A DNA stretch of 64,000 nt from Chrysomallon squamiferum (GCA_012295275.1 CM022672.1:21886001-21950000); one strand, 5' to 3'. Positions 1-26,028 are shown, counted from the first letter of the stretch. The notes: a model not told the origin generated them from the letters alone. Made by a program: numbers and translations.

Positions 1-252
1 CAATGTGGGAAGTGAAAATTCCAATTCATTACGACTCATCAGAATGTCAAACAAGATTTTAATCCATTCTTAAAGTGTTGAGATTGACAGTTTTGTTTCA
101 GACAGGTGACAGGTTCTGATTATACCGTGGCCTCCCATTTATTACATCTCTAAATTTTACCTGTTATTTTTTATTCACTAAGGATTCCATTAAGTCAATG
201 AAAAGTTATGATATTAACCATGTATTAGTTTGTTTACAAATTTTTGTTTCAG

Positions 253-4616
<4,364 letters not shown>

Positions 4617-4669
4617 CGAAGGATTTGCTTCATTTTCTTTTTATAGCAAATCAAAAACTGTATGATACG

Positions 4670-4675
4670 AATAAA
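4670..4675 (+). promoter_or_regulatory. Candidate polyadenylation signal of CDC7
   Basis: AATAAA about 55 nt after the TAA stop, followed by a GT-rich tract (gtgtgtaactgtgt). Confidence 0.4.
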
Positions 4676-6710
4676 AGTGTGTAACTGTGTATTAGTTAAT
4701 TTTAGAATGAGCAAAATATGGATTTTCTTTTATTTCATTTTTATGATTTTTGTTTTGTTATTATTATAACTTCTACTATTATTATTATTATTATTTTTTA
4801 TTATTATTATTATTATTATCATCATCATTATTATTATGAAGGTAAAATTATGTAATACTAGCATTCTTGTTCTTTTTAACTACATCCACATTTCTTGTTT
4901 ATTGATATATTAATATACAGTAAAATATTCTGTTAGTAATATTTAATGCATGCAGTTGTCAGTTCAAACTTACACGTAAGAGACATAATTGATTAATATT
5001 AGTGGTTGAAACCACTGAACCTCAAATTAAGCTTCTGCATGCTATATATTTATAAATGCTTACAACGCTGCCACATAATCTATTTCCATTGTATTCTGGT
5101 GACCAGTATAAACTTCAACCATGGGAACGGCAACTATTGGAATCATTTAAAAAGGGATTTTGAATTAAAAACAGAGATTTGCTGGCATAAACGAAATAAG
5201 TATATATCACAGACAGAGGGTATACCCATCAGAAAGTTATTTCTGTCTGCCAAGAGATAATGGTTTGCATTGCTAATTAATAAAAAATTCTGTTGTTGGC
5301 TTAAAAGCTGTCTTAGTACTGTTTCTCAGTGGTGGAATTGGTGATGTTTTTTTTTGTTGTTTTCGAGTTATAAAATAAATAATTCCGACTACTATGCTTA
5401 AATCTAATGTTCCATGAATAATTGTAATTATCTCTTTCTGTCTCATACATACATAAATGTTTTCGTAATTACATACACAGTAGGGTGTGTGTGAGGTGCA
5501 ATATTTGAACGACTGCCAGAATATTTCGTAAGGGGTCAGAGTAACTAGTTTAGCGTTACGATCCATTACATTATTGAATGAACAATATTATGAATTAAAA
5601 TGAATATATACATAAAACAGATGGTATGTAGCACACTCATATACATTCCTGATGTATGCATGCATGCACATATGTGATAAGATACAATAAAACGAACTTT
5701 TACCTATGTTCCGTACGACAGATAACCAACTCCGATGCGTTTCTGTACGTTTTTATTTCCCGTATAATGTACTGATTGGTGACGTCATAATTACCATACG
5801 TAATGTCCGCTAAACCACCGGTGTCCATAAACTGAAAATTTTATTGTTGCCTTTCATATATATATATATTTTTAAATTAATTATTATTATGACAATATTG
5901 AAATAGCCATAAGTCGTAAGTCATCTCGAATTTGTAATCTACTCGAATGTTTCTCTGTAAAGCTCAGATAGAAAGTGCTAACGTGAATACAGGATACATG
6001 ATGAGAACTATTGTGCGTGTAATGCCAAATGAATAGTTAATATTTTATGTGGTATTAACCAAAATAATTTTGTGGTTGGTTAACTACATAGGGGTAAATA
6101 TTTATCTTAACTGATATTTTCAAAGTTTCTAATTTATCGGGACGGGGGAGTTTAAGTCATCTAATTCCAGATAATCGTACTGCAATGTGGCGAGTCACAC
6201 TTTAATAATTAGTGTGTTAAGACTTCTGTTATTATAGCATTAGAGTGACCAGGAAGCTGACATGACATGTAGATCACCTATTAGGCTATTATCCTTTCCA
6301 GGAAGATTCTTACGGCTATAAAACTATAAGACTAGCGATTTTGTTTTTCATTCGATCATACAATTTATGTACCAAAGATCCCTTTTAATAATAGGTTGGA
6401 TTTTCTTCGAATAAGTGTAAAGTCAATGACATTAAATCCGATTTTATTCTTTCATGAATGTAGACTCAGTCGTTTTATGAATACACTGTCCTAAATAACA
6501 AAAATTCAGACATTTACGTATGCTTCCGTGTCTCTATTGAGACTTGCAGTTCATATATCTGTAAATATTTCAAATATCATAAACCAATTCGGGAAATAGT
6601 AATACAATATAATTTATTTTTAAACATTCAAAGCTCTAATAATTAACAATTATAACAAAATCTGAATAAAATACAGTTATTTTATCAAAGTTCAACAATC
6701 AAAACGAGCT

Positions 6711-8209
6711 CTATCCATCGAAAAGTAAATATGACCGAACAACAGAAGGAAGCGGTAAACAGTTCACTTTATTCGGCAGTCTCGGCATCAGTAGTTCCCG
6801 GATGTACAGTCTCACGAGCTGTCTTGCTGACAAAGGTTTCGAAGCCAGCTCTGTTAGCATCGACCTTTCCCGATTGTTCAGACCCGAGTAGTGTTTTATT
6901 GCATGTATATCAAACAAACTTCCCGCCATCGCCAACAAATCAAATATGTCTGATCTTTCCTTCACCTTGTCGTTTGGCAGATAATGTAAAACACCGTGTG
7001 GATCTTTTAGTCTGGCTATGGATGTGGATCCTTTGAAGTTGACCCTTGCTCCATATTTAATGAGAGCGTGTATGATATCGTAGGTGACTTTTTCGGCTAT
7101 GTTCTTCAAGTATTCCGTGAGAGGAGAAAGACAAGGAGACGAGTAGCTTAAAATACTGGAGTGCGCGTTGGGGTCGGCACCATGCTCAAGAAGAAGTTCG
7201 ATCAGTTCCTTCTGACATTTGAGATTGAGTGTGGCGCATGCCAACATCAATGCCGTTGCGTTTTCTTCAGTTTTCTCATCCACATCAGCATGCCATCTCA
7301 GAAGCATTTCACAAATATCCGGCCTGTCCTTTAAAACTGCCGCGTGCAGAGCTGAATACTTGTAGTTTTCTGGACGTGAAGGACTGGCGCCTTGTCTCAG
7401 CAGCATGTGGATAATTCCAATGTTTCCTTTTTCGATTGCATAATGTAAAGCAGTCTTCTGTTCAAATCTGGGCGGGCACTGCAGATTCACATCAGCTGCG
7501 TACTTCAGCAGCATCCTGCATGCTTCGATATTCTGTTGTCTGCAGGCCTTCATTAAAGGTGACGTCCCGCAACGATTAAATACGTTAGGATCTGCGCCAT
7601 ACTGCAGCAAAATCTCCAGACATTCTAGATGTTCCAGTGGAACCAGGTTAATTTCGTATCCCATGAAATACAAATGATCTGGTTTCGCACCATTTTCTAG
7701 AAGCAAACGAGCACAGTCAACATGATTGTTTTCCAGCGCTAAATTCAAAGGTTCTACGGTCAAGCAACCTAGAGCCCTCGCGTTCTCGTCGACGCTGTTC
7801 TCTCCGAATGAATCAACAACAGCTCCGTTTTGAATAAGGATTTCCATAGACCGTAGATTACCTTTCCTGGCGCAGAGATGAATGGGCGTATAGCCGATGT
7901 CGTCTGTTGCATTGACGTCCGCGCCTTTCTCAATGAGGTACCGGACACAAGGAACGTAATCGCCATAGACCGCGTAGTGAATGGGTTTGAGTCCACGCTT
8001 TACCGATTCATTGATTTTAGCTCCACATTTGATGACAACTTCGATATCTTCAATCGTCGACTTGAAGGTGATACAGTCAACGAGCAGACGCTGGAGGTTT
8101 TCCGGGTCGTACAGAGATGATCTCTTTCTGTTCGAGTCGTCTTCATCCTGACTGCTAGTCTTTTCATCGGTCTGAAGTTACAAAGCAAATTATCTGTTAT
8201 GTTTTTAAA

Positions 8210-8240
<31 letters not shown>

Positions 8241-8330
8241 TACATAGATAAAGTCTGAAACAGAGACGTATGATACATACATACATACATACATACATAT
8301 AGACCTGTACAAGCATAATCATGCATACCA

Positions 8331-8365
<35 letters not shown>

Positions 8366-8395
8366 ACATGGGATTTGTAATAAATTCACACAGAC

Positions 8396-8462
<67 letters not shown>

Positions 8463-8921
8463 TTTAATATTCTGTTTAATAATTCTATTATTCCGCTATT
8501 ATAAAACGATAAGCAGCTAAAAGTTAAACGAATACTGCGCAAAAGATAAATTAATATTTGCCAAACTATTCAAATAACTATTGTTTTTCTACTCTATAAG
8601 TTATCCAAAAAGAATGAAGAATAAGTTTATTTAAAATTATACTAAGAATATCCACGAATTTAAACATTTCTCTTATAATTTCCTCTTCGATATTTGTTAT
8701 AATCAAAACAAAACTAATTATACAGGTACTTTTTATTACTGTTATTTATTTATTTTTGGTATTCTACAGTTTCTATTATTGTGAGATTCCGTTTTGTTTT
8801 TCTTCATAACATAAAATTTTGATTTCCGTGTTTATTAGTAGATTTCTGTATAAAACGTAAGTAAATGTTGATATTTAGAAAACGAGTTATTTAATATTAC
8901 CTTCGAAGTTCCTTCTGCCAT
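6711..8921 (-). CDS. Ankyrin repeat and SOCS box protein (ASB-like), paralog A. Coding exons 8921-8901 (MAEGTSK) and 8171-6711
   Basis: The ORF 6711-7847 stays open upstream to an acceptor ttcag|ACC at 8171. It has multiple ankyrin repeats (TPIHLCARKGN, TALHYAIEKGN, SALHAAVLKDR, TALMLAC) and a C-terminal SOCS box (PLSARQLVRLYIR...LPLPSVVRSYLLF). The phase-0 first exon is ATGGCAGAAGGAACTTCGAAG|gtaata. Confidence 0.9.
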
Positions 8922-9976
8922 TAGTAAAAAGCGTAAACTGGTTCAGTTTAGTGTGCTTTGCCACTCAGCTTCACCTCTCAAGTTACAGGTTATTTTTGGA
9001 TTCTGCAGCTGTGGATGTAGAATGCTGGTAATCTGCCAGACCTAGAAAAAGCATTATTATTTTGTATAAACTCCGGCGTGCGAGCAGGCAGGTAGATCAA
9101 AAAACAAATATTCGGCTTTCGTCGGTTGTTTCCGGTAAATAGTGATGCGTTTATTATTTATCTATTTATTTTTTATTTATTTATTTATTTTATTTATTAT
9201 TATTTTTGGTTTTTGTTTATTTTGTTGTTGTTGTTGTTGTTGTTTGTTTTTGTTTTCATCAAATATTTATTTTTATTTTTATATTTATTTTTATTTTTAT
9301 TATTATCATCATTATTACTATTAGTATTGTTATTATTGTTGTTGTTATTATTGTTATTATTATCAGGAATGAGGTCTGGCTCTGTGGTCAGAGTGATACT
9401 GATGATAATGGAAAGGAAGAAAGAAGTATTTTGTTTAATGACAGACGAGGTGACTAAATTTGTTAATAAAGTACTACCGACTATGTAGTCCGAGACATGC
9501 GTGTTCTTCATAATGCACCACAGTTATCGATTAGCAGCATAGATATTTTTGTATGCACCTTTCCACAGAAAGTCAAACACTTTTAACAATTTCTCGTAAG
9601 TAATAAATAACAGCTCGGATCGGTGTTCTGTACCGCCTGCAATCAGCAACAGTCAATATATTTTTACTAAGGACCGATCTACGAATTAATTAACAGTTCC
9701 GGACACTCCCGACGTATTCCGATTGTCCTGAACGCTAAATGAACCCATTCGACTATTCCGATGAGTGATTGCGAGTGAAAACGAAAACCGTGCACTTGTG
9801 TCTGCTCGGTTTGGCGTGAGATCAGATTCTTTCACAATAGAGAAACAACAGCACGTTTATGCCAACTGCAGCATAAGCGGAAAAAAAAAAAAAAAAGAAA
9901 GAGGAAGAAGACGAAAAGAAGTAAACAACGATGTAACTGTAAACAGAACTCTGAAGTGATTAATACTGTTTCTGTT
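8922..9976. promoter_or_regulatory. Putative shared/bidirectional promoter region of the two ASB-like genes
   Basis: About 1.05 kb separates the divergently oriented start codons (8921 and 9977). CpG-containing patches lie near 9070-9135 and 9610-9830. Confidence 0.45.
9410..9580 (-). mobile_element. Degenerate SINE remnant
   Basis: gattagcagcatagatatttttgtatgcacctttccacaga is the reverse complement of the core seen at ~39770-39815 (ctgtgagaaggtgtctaaaatatttccttactgctaatc). It has a purine-rich tail (ggaaaggaagaaagaagtattttgtttaatgac). Confidence 0.35.
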
Positions 9977-12287
9977 ATGGAAGACGGCACACCAAAGGTA
10001 ATAAAACAAATTTAACTCAATTTGTGAAATAATGATTGGAAAACTGATTTTAAATATTTGACCTCAGAGAAGTTTGTTTATATGATGTAATACATTTTTG
10101 TTTATCACGATACACAAAAAAAATAAAAAATAAAAATAAAAAAAAAAAAAAAAATAAAAAATCATGGAACCTTGCCTAAAGCAAACAAAAAAACATTCGT
10201 TGAATGACATGTATGTAAACGCGATAACTGATGCTTGTGAAAACATTGCGGATTCGTTGTAAACGAATACTTAAATTATAACTTATGTTAATATATTCAG
10301 TATCTTCCACTAAGAAAGATATGCTTTATACGCATTTCTGACACTAATTTAGTTCTGTTATTCAGCGAATGTCGTTCTGTGTAATGACTATTTGTTTCTG
10401 TCTTTAGCTTTCAAACAGTCGTACATCATTACTCAACTCCTTTTAGAACTGTTAAAAGTTATTGAACATTCGTTTCATTTGTTTTGACAAACTCTGATAT
10501 AAAAATAAAACGCCTAAAGGTTACCAGTGACTAAAACCAAGTATTTCGAATAAAATAGTTGTTGCTGCGGTAATACGATACATCTTAAGTGTATCAATTA
10601 CACGATTTACATACAGTGTATCGTACACATCGTTTTTCGAAACTGGCTGCATAAAACGGAATTTGTTCAATAGCATATTTAAGAATGTTTCTCTATAAAC
10701 CCTAGTCACATCGTATTTTTTTCTATTTTAGCGTTTTTATCTTACAAATATTACTTTTCTTTCTAGTTTTTTTTGTTTTTGACCATTCTTTTTTCTTTAA
10801 TGCTTCGTGGTGTTTTGTTATTGCATTAATAATTATACTTTTTCTTTTTCTTTCAGTTAGAGAAAGAACATGATAGTGTTCAAATAGTGTCTATAGATAA
10901 CCAGGAAAGCTTGCAACATTTACTTATTGACTGCATAACGTACAAATGCAGTGTTCAAGATATAGATGTGGTGATCAAATGCGGAGCAAAAGTTGACCTT
11001 TCCGTTAAGCGTGGACTTAAGCCCCTCCACCATGCAGTCTATGGCGATTACGTTCCTTGTGTCCGGTACCTCATTGAGAAAGGCGCGGACGTCAATGCAA
11101 CAGACGACATCGGCTATACGCCCATTCATCTCTGCGCCAGGAAAGGTAACCTAGCGTCTATGAAAGTTCTTATTGAAAACGGGGCAGTAGTGGACTTCTT
11201 CAACAGCAATGAGAACGCAAAAGCTCTTGGATATTTAACGATAGAACCCTTGAATTTGGCGCTGGAAAACAACCATGTCGACTGCGTTCGTTTGCTTCTA
11301 GAAAACGGGGCGAAACCAGATCACTTGTATTTCATGGGATACGAAATTAACCTGGTTCCACTGGAACATCTAGAATGTCTGGAGATTTTGCTGCAGTTTG
11401 GCGCAGATCCTAACGTATTTAATCGTTGCGGGACGTCACCTTTAATGAAGGCCTGCAGACAACAGAATATCGAAGCATGCAGGATGCTATTGAAGTACGG
11501 AGCTGATGTAAATCTGCAGTGCCCTCCCGAGTTTGAACAGAAGACTGCTTTACATTATGCAATAGAAAAAGGAAACACTGGAATTATCCACATGCTGCTG
11601 AGACAAGGCGCCAGTCCTTCACGACCAGAAAACTACAAGTATTCAGCTCTGCACGCGGCAGTTTTAAAGGACAGGCCGGATATTTGTGAAATGCTTCTGA
11701 GATGGCATGCTGATGTGGATGAGAAAACTGAAGAAAACGCAACGGCATTGATGTTGGCATGCGCCACACTCAATCTCAAATGTCAGAAGGAACTGATCGA
11801 ACTTCTTCTTGAGCATGGTGCCGACCCCAACGCGCACTCCAGTATTTTAAGTTACTCGTCTCCTTGTCTTTCTCCTCTCACGGAATACTTGAAGAACATA
11901 GCCGAAAAAGTCACCTACGATATCATACACGCTCTCATTAAATATGGAGCAAGGGTCAACTTCAAAGGATCCATTTCCATTGCCAGACTAAAAGATCCAC
12001 ACGGAGTTTTGTATTATCTGCCAAACGAGAAGGTGAAGGAAAGATCAGACATATTTGATTTGTTGGCGATGGCGGGAAGTTTGTTTGATATACATGCAAT
12101 AAAACACTACTCGGGTCTGAACAATCGGGAAAGGTCGATGCTAACAGAGCTGGCTTCGAAACCTTTGTCAGCAAGACAGCTCGTGAGACTGTACATCCGG
12201 GAACTGATGACACCGAGACTGCCAAATAAAGTGAACAGTTTACCGCTTCCTTCCGTAATACGATCTTATTTGCTGTTTAACGGATAA
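9977..12287 (+). CDS. Ankyrin repeat and SOCS box protein (ASB-like), paralog B. Coding exons 9977-9997 (MEDGTPK) and 10857-12287
   Basis: 466-aa ORF with ankyrin repeats and a SOCS box (PLSARQLVRLYIRELMTPRLPNKVNSLPLPSVIRSYLLF). Strong polypyrimidine acceptor tttcag|TTA at 10857, in frame. First exon ATGGAAGACGGCACACCAAAG|gtaata mirrors paralog A. Confidence 0.92.
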
Positions 12288-12860
12288 AACAAAGCTGCTG
12301 AGTTATTTTGGACTATAGTTATTTTTCCGTATCTATCTGTTGATATAAAAATAATTAAAAATAAATCTGAGTTTGTTTTCTTTCCGGGGTTTATCAGAAC
12401 AGACACTACGGTAAAACATGGTGGCATTTTAGGTCAGTTCAAAATATTTTCCACTGCATCGTTTCTTTCTGTTGTTATTTTAAAATAAAATATTAGAAAG
12501 GAAACCTGCTAAAGTTACTCCCTGAGCTGAACATCAATTTTATTTATTCTTTTGAAAATTTGATATTACAAATCTGGTCCGTGTCTTTTGTAGAGACACT
12601 CGTTTTGAACAGTAAATAATTGAATAGCCATGCTGACACATCTTTTAACATCTGAGTCGAGAGCTATATTTAAAAAAAAAAAAAACATATTTCTTTCTCA
12701 CAGTGGTTTATGCCATCAAAGAATACGCAACGGGTATAACGATAAATTTCATTTTACTTAAATGTATTCAGATTATTCTACCACTGGGCATTGTTTAAGT
12801 TTTATAAACATTTGATTGCTGTAATACCAAAAATGTAATGTTGATTTTTTTACTTAAATA

Positions 12861-12929
<69 letters not shown>

Positions 12930-13181
12930 CAACAACACACGAAATGCTGAAAATAATGTATTGTTTTTTTTCAATAGGCCTTTCAATATAAACAATTATA
13001 TATAAACAATTTTTGGTAACAATGGTTAATCCAGCGTTTATACTAGCATCCTTCAAATGATTTATCAAGGACATTTTGTTTTTTCTTCTAATTTTAGGAA
13101 GATTTAAATAAAAGTTTCCTCGTTGCTGATAAAAAGTGTGTTGTAGCAGCTGTTATACTTTCTCGTTATCTGTAAAATCTT

Positions 13182-13232
<51 letters not shown>

Positions 13233-13335
13233 ATCTGTGTATGTGTGAGTGTTTTTATGTTTATTATATATGATTATCCATATATATATCATAACTGGAA
13301 AATACTAATAGCTGTGTTGTTAATAAAAAATATTT

Positions 13336-13377
<42 letters not shown>

Positions 13378-13720
13378 CTTAAAAATAATAACAGTTCTTC
13401 CTATCTATCCAAGTCAGAACTTTCTCTTGTCGAACAAAATAAACAGTATGGTCCAGTATTATTAGTATCAGGTGAAAGAGAACGTTTTTCCTACAGCTAA
13501 ATTATTAATAAGCAGAGATAGCAGGAATGTAAATAATCTTTTACGATTATGATTAAACCGTCTGTTAAATCTGGTAATAATGCATAGTCTGAATTACGAA
13601 AAGCAACTCTTGTTTATCTTAATTTTCGTTTTTAAAGATACAAAGAGTTAGTTCCCTTTTCACACACACTAATTTGTGAGAGGCTATGAATAATAGCGCC
13701 TGATGAACATAATATTACGC

Positions 13721-13760
<40 letters not shown>

Positions 13761-13795
13761 ATTTTTAACAGTCTGTTGTCCTATATGCGTCTGGT

Positions 13796-13940
13796 TAGAC
13801 TCTGCACACAGACAATAATGGAGAACGCGCTGACACAAGAGGACACAGTCCGATCATGACCTCACAGACGTCAGATGCCGCTGAGGAGACTCGAACTCAG
13901 GAAGCGGCTGACGATGTCACTCGCCACCATGACAACCTTG
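13796..13940 (-). mobile_element. tRNA-derived SINE-like element, copy 1 (internally shortened)
   Basis: Shares tagactctgcacacagacaat...agtcc.atca.gacctcac..agatgccgctga.gagactcgaac...gacaacctt with 33119-33288. The minus strand has a Pol III B-box GTTCGAGTC and an A-box-like TGGCGAGTG. Confidence 0.6.
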
Positions 13941-14012
13941 TGTTTCTGTGCGCGTGCATGCATGCATCTATGTGCATATGTACGTATGTATATGTATTTG
14001 CATGTGTGTGTG

Positions 14013-14077
<65 letters not shown>

Positions 14078-14597
14078 TCTCACACATACATATCTTATGT
14101 CTTTGAATATGTTTCTCTCAATGCACTGCTAATGTTTCTATATGACTTTGTACATGTATTTACCAGACTGCACTTACCATCATCCACTTGTGTACTTTAC
14201 ATGCAAAAATGTGTTATTTACGGGTATTGTTACACCTTTGTGGAGTCATAGTAGCCAACATACGTGCCAGAAACACAAAGTACATAATGTCGAGATAACA
14301 TGAATACCGTTGAGCGATAACTGATACTTGCTGACACATTACTGGTTCACTGCGAACGAAAACATATCGACCGAATTAACAATAACATGGAAGATACATT
14401 AAGTGGACCTTGTTTTTATAATTGTCTGTGCTGGCTTTATCAGTCTGTATGAATTGAAAACAAGTAGTAATTATGTTAGGGCAATGTTTACTTCAACTTT
14501 TATCAGTGGGTGAGAATCGTTGATAACAAGATGCATGCAGACATGTTTAACTATTTCTGTCTGTATCTCTGTAAATACACATATACAGATACACGCA

Positions 14598-14649
<52 letters not shown>

Positions 14650-15679
14650 CATACATACATATATATACACATATACATATATATAAACATACATACATAC
14701 ATACATACATGTATATGTACAAATATAAATAATTATATATACATATATCTGCGTGTGCGTAAATATATACATACAAACGTATATAAACACATGCATGCCT
14801 ACATACATACAGACATACATATATATACATATATATATATATATAGACACACACACACATATACACACATATATCGATACATACACACACATACATATAT
14901 AGATACACACAAACACACACACATATATACAGACAGAGATACACACATACATACACATGTAACAGATGGAGAGAGATATATAGATATACATTTGCATTGA
15001 CATATCAGTGGTATTTGCTGTAACGGATGAAGAAGATATCTAATATTAATATAGAATTAATGTGTAATTTTATAAGATATTGTAGTTTTTAACCGTTTCT
15101 TTTTCTTTGTTATTTCAACACGAAAATTCAATATAAAAAAAAATGGAATATCTATTAATAATTACTAGGTTCATTTAATACAGATTTTTCAATTAATTTA
15201 ATTATTTATCTCTTTATTTATTTATTTAAAAGTCGTAATCAGTTATTACGATTAGACATTAAAAATAAATTGCATTTCCAGCTTTAGATATATGCATGAT
15301 GGACTACAAAAAATTTATGTCTTTATAATTACTATTATTTATTTATTTGTTGTCTAATTATTTTCCTAATATAATAATGATATTGTTACAGCCTGATCAC
15401 CTATTTTGACTTTGTTAATGTCGACAATTCAACATGCGTTTTTCTTTTTCCTTTTTTTTTTCCTTGATTATAAATTTATGGTGTTTAAAGCAGACGACAC
15501 GAACAGTTACCGCAGGAATTAAATAACACGAACCAGTGACCTAAATATTTTTTTTTTTTCTTCTTCGTTTATCGCCCGCTGAACGCATTGGACTCGTTTG
15601 TCCACAGATCTGACAGCAATCACGAACTGCTTAGTGAAACGCTGGTTAAGTGACGACATTGCCCGGGTGTCGTATTCCG

Positions 15680-22882
<7,203 letters not shown>

Positions 22883-23047
22883 AGGTTTTTCCCTCTGATG
22901 AACATTGTTTCAGTATTGTATTGTTTTGCCAAATGTTTCATGTTTTTCAGTTCTTACGTTACGCTAAGCCCATTTTAACGTTACGGTTAAGCGCACCGAT
23001 GTGTGCATTTGACTTTTCAAAAGCCTTGAGTAATACCTCTACGTCTC

Positions 23048-23082
<35 letters not shown>

Positions 23083-23980
23083 TTTTTTATTATTAATTCA
23101 CTATTTTATTATTTATTTATTTTTTTAGTGAGTAAATGTTTGTGATAATGAAATATGACATTAAAACGAAATTTAAACACATATGGTCGAAGTAGATTTT
23201 GTATTATTTAAGGTGGTGGTGGTTTAATGTGATCAATTTTTGCCAATAACAAAGTATGGCAATCAAGTAATTTACATAGATAAACCTAGTTCTGGTATTT
23301 CTAAACGGTGAAACGAATGTATGAAAAAGTCCGAACAGACTGAGGTTGCTGCTGAAAAAATAAAAAATATAAAAAATATTACCCAGTCTTTTAGGATTCA
23401 CGCAATACCAGCACTATATATAAGAGAAAATCTGAACCAGTGTCCATATTTTTTTTTTTGCTTCATATCTTATTGTTTTATTTTACTGTTAGCCAAAATA
23501 AAAGCATATAAAAAATTTATTTTTTCTGTTTACAAAAGGTATTCTTGCAATTTGTTCTTGTCATCGTAATGTACATTTAAACTGAATTAAATATTATTTA
23601 AAAACAATGTTTGCTTTTGTACGTTAGAATTTATTGTACGTTCAGAACAGGGATACTGATCACTTGTATTATATTTTGTTATTTTTTTGTTATTTATTTA
23701 TTTATATGTTATTTTAAAAATTTGACCATTTAAATGTTAATTAACCGTCTCTTTATGTTTTGAAATGAAAATGATCGTGGAAGTTTTTATATTGTTAAGT
23801 TTTGACGCATCTTTTTTTTTTTTTTTAAAGCATTTCGTTATTTCTCTACTTTTTTCTCTGTGCTAATTTATTTTAATTATTTTGAAACAGTATTTCTCTT
23901 CATTCTTCTTACTTCTTGTGCGTATGTGTGTTGGCTTGTGTCTTTGTTGTTGCGTTGTTGCGTGCGTGTTGTGTGTTTTG

Positions 23981-24012
<32 letters not shown>

Positions 24013-25022
24013 TGTGTGCGTGTGTGTGTGCGTGTGTGTGCCGAGCAAACCATGAAATGTAAAAGCTATCACCAGACAGTTTCAGGCACATGACTACATA
24101 ATTTAAATCATTTCGTAATCTGGTATTATTTACTTCCTTTTGTAATAAGTACTGTGTGAATTTTATGCTTATATAAAAAAAAAAAAAAAAAAATCAGAAG
24201 AAAAATTAATTTTAGTTCTAATGAGTTGAGTAGCAATTGTCTTCTAAATTTCAGTGCATTTTTTCAATAATAACATGTTGTATGTCAGTGTATTTAGTTT
24301 CTATGCTATGGACATCGTGCTTTTGAAATTAATCTGTACTAAAAAAAATAATAATAAAAAAAAAAAAAAAAAAACTGAAAAGGGAAAAAAATGCATTGAA
24401 AGAATGCATATGTTGTTTTGTTACCAATAAAATGTTTTATAATATTTTTCATTGTCTTTTGAAGTTTTATTTAAGTAGCTGGCTCTCTTCTCATACATTA
24501 AAAACACTGCACAAACAAACGCAAGCACCTGTAACTTATTCCAGCGTGATAACATTGCAACCAGAACGGATAGGTAAGATGAACAGCTGAAAACCCGATA
24601 CATGACAATACGTAACGTGACACTTGATGAGCTACTCTGGAGCACATCAGATAATTATCAAATAATCTGAACATTTTAAGATGTAGAGAACTTTTTATAT
24701 GCAAAAATGCAGTATGATCAGTGTCAACGAAATGTAGACATTATGCTAATGTAAATAAATAACGTTGTTATCGAGATTTTGGATTTTTCGTTTGATATCT
24801 AAAATCGGACTACTTCGTCTCTTCACACACAAAAACAAATAAAAAACAAATGAGAGAGGCCTTATGCTAATGTTTACCACTGCTTTAAGTGCATTGCTTT
24901 GTACACTTCGTATCAGTTTAAATGCACCATGGTACTCGATCAACATAGGTGCTTTATCTTACTATCATATTACAGTATGTGTATGTATGTATGTCTGTCT
25001 ATCTCTCTATCTATCTATATGT

Positions 25023-25066
<44 letters not shown>

Positions 25067-25069
25067 AGT

Positions 25070-25102
<33 letters not shown>

Positions 25103-25372
25103 CACTACATATTAATTTTAATTTCAGATGCCATGACAATAATACTGTTCTAATGGTTTAAACTGCCTCATAGCGGAATCTAGAAGGGAAACGTAATTCC
25201 TGCGGTTTCAATTCATTCATTTTTATTTAGTCATTCAATCATTCATTCATTCGTTTATTTTATAATTTATTTATTTATTCATTCATTATATTTATTTTTT
25301 ATTCGTTCAATTATTCATTCATTATTTATTTATTTGTTTTATTTATTTATTTTATCGTTCATTCATTCAATC

Positions 25373-25406
<34 letters not shown>

Positions 25407-25985
25407 TCGTTCATTCATTCAATCATTATTTATTTGTTTATTTATTTATTCAGAACAGAAATACATGTTGATGTCTCCAAACAAATCGATCCCTAATATA
25501 TTCGAGTATATTCTTTTGATTCACCTAATTATTCTTAATATAATAGTTAAACAATAAGAATATCATTTACTACTACTAATATTAATGTTATTACTACCAC
25601 ACTGTCATCACCATTATTGCTGTTGTTGTTGTTGTTGTTGTTATTATTATTATTATTAAACAAAAATATCAACCATTTTTAATCATGAAAGTTATATACC
25701 CCATATCTGTAACGAGGGACTACCTTAAATTCCGGAAACAGCCGAATGAAAGGTTCATTGTATAACGGGATATTACTGGAATCGATAGTTACGCGCAGAA
25801 AATACGATTCAGTACACGGAAAAGCTTTTAAGTTCAATGAAAATCGATTTAAATACAATATATATATATATATGTAAGATAAAACTCACATATCTTTTGT
25901 CAACACGTGTCTGTACAATTGTAATCTAAATGGAATATAATAACGTTTGTACAACTTACAGAGAGAATTTACATTTTCTATTTGT

Positions 25986-26028
<43 letters not shown>

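Noticed and set aside
5773-5790. CRE (TGACGTCA) next to a CCAAT box, with a similar pair at ~43207-43224
   Set aside because: Neither is near an identifiable transcription start (one is between two 3' ends, the other mid-intron). Short motifs alone are insufficient.
6731-12225. Duplicated short antisense ORFs (MWRMPTSMPLR..., MNGRIADVVCC..., ..VSSVPGCTVSRAV..)
   Set aside because: They are shadows on the opposite strand of the two near-identical ASB coding exons.
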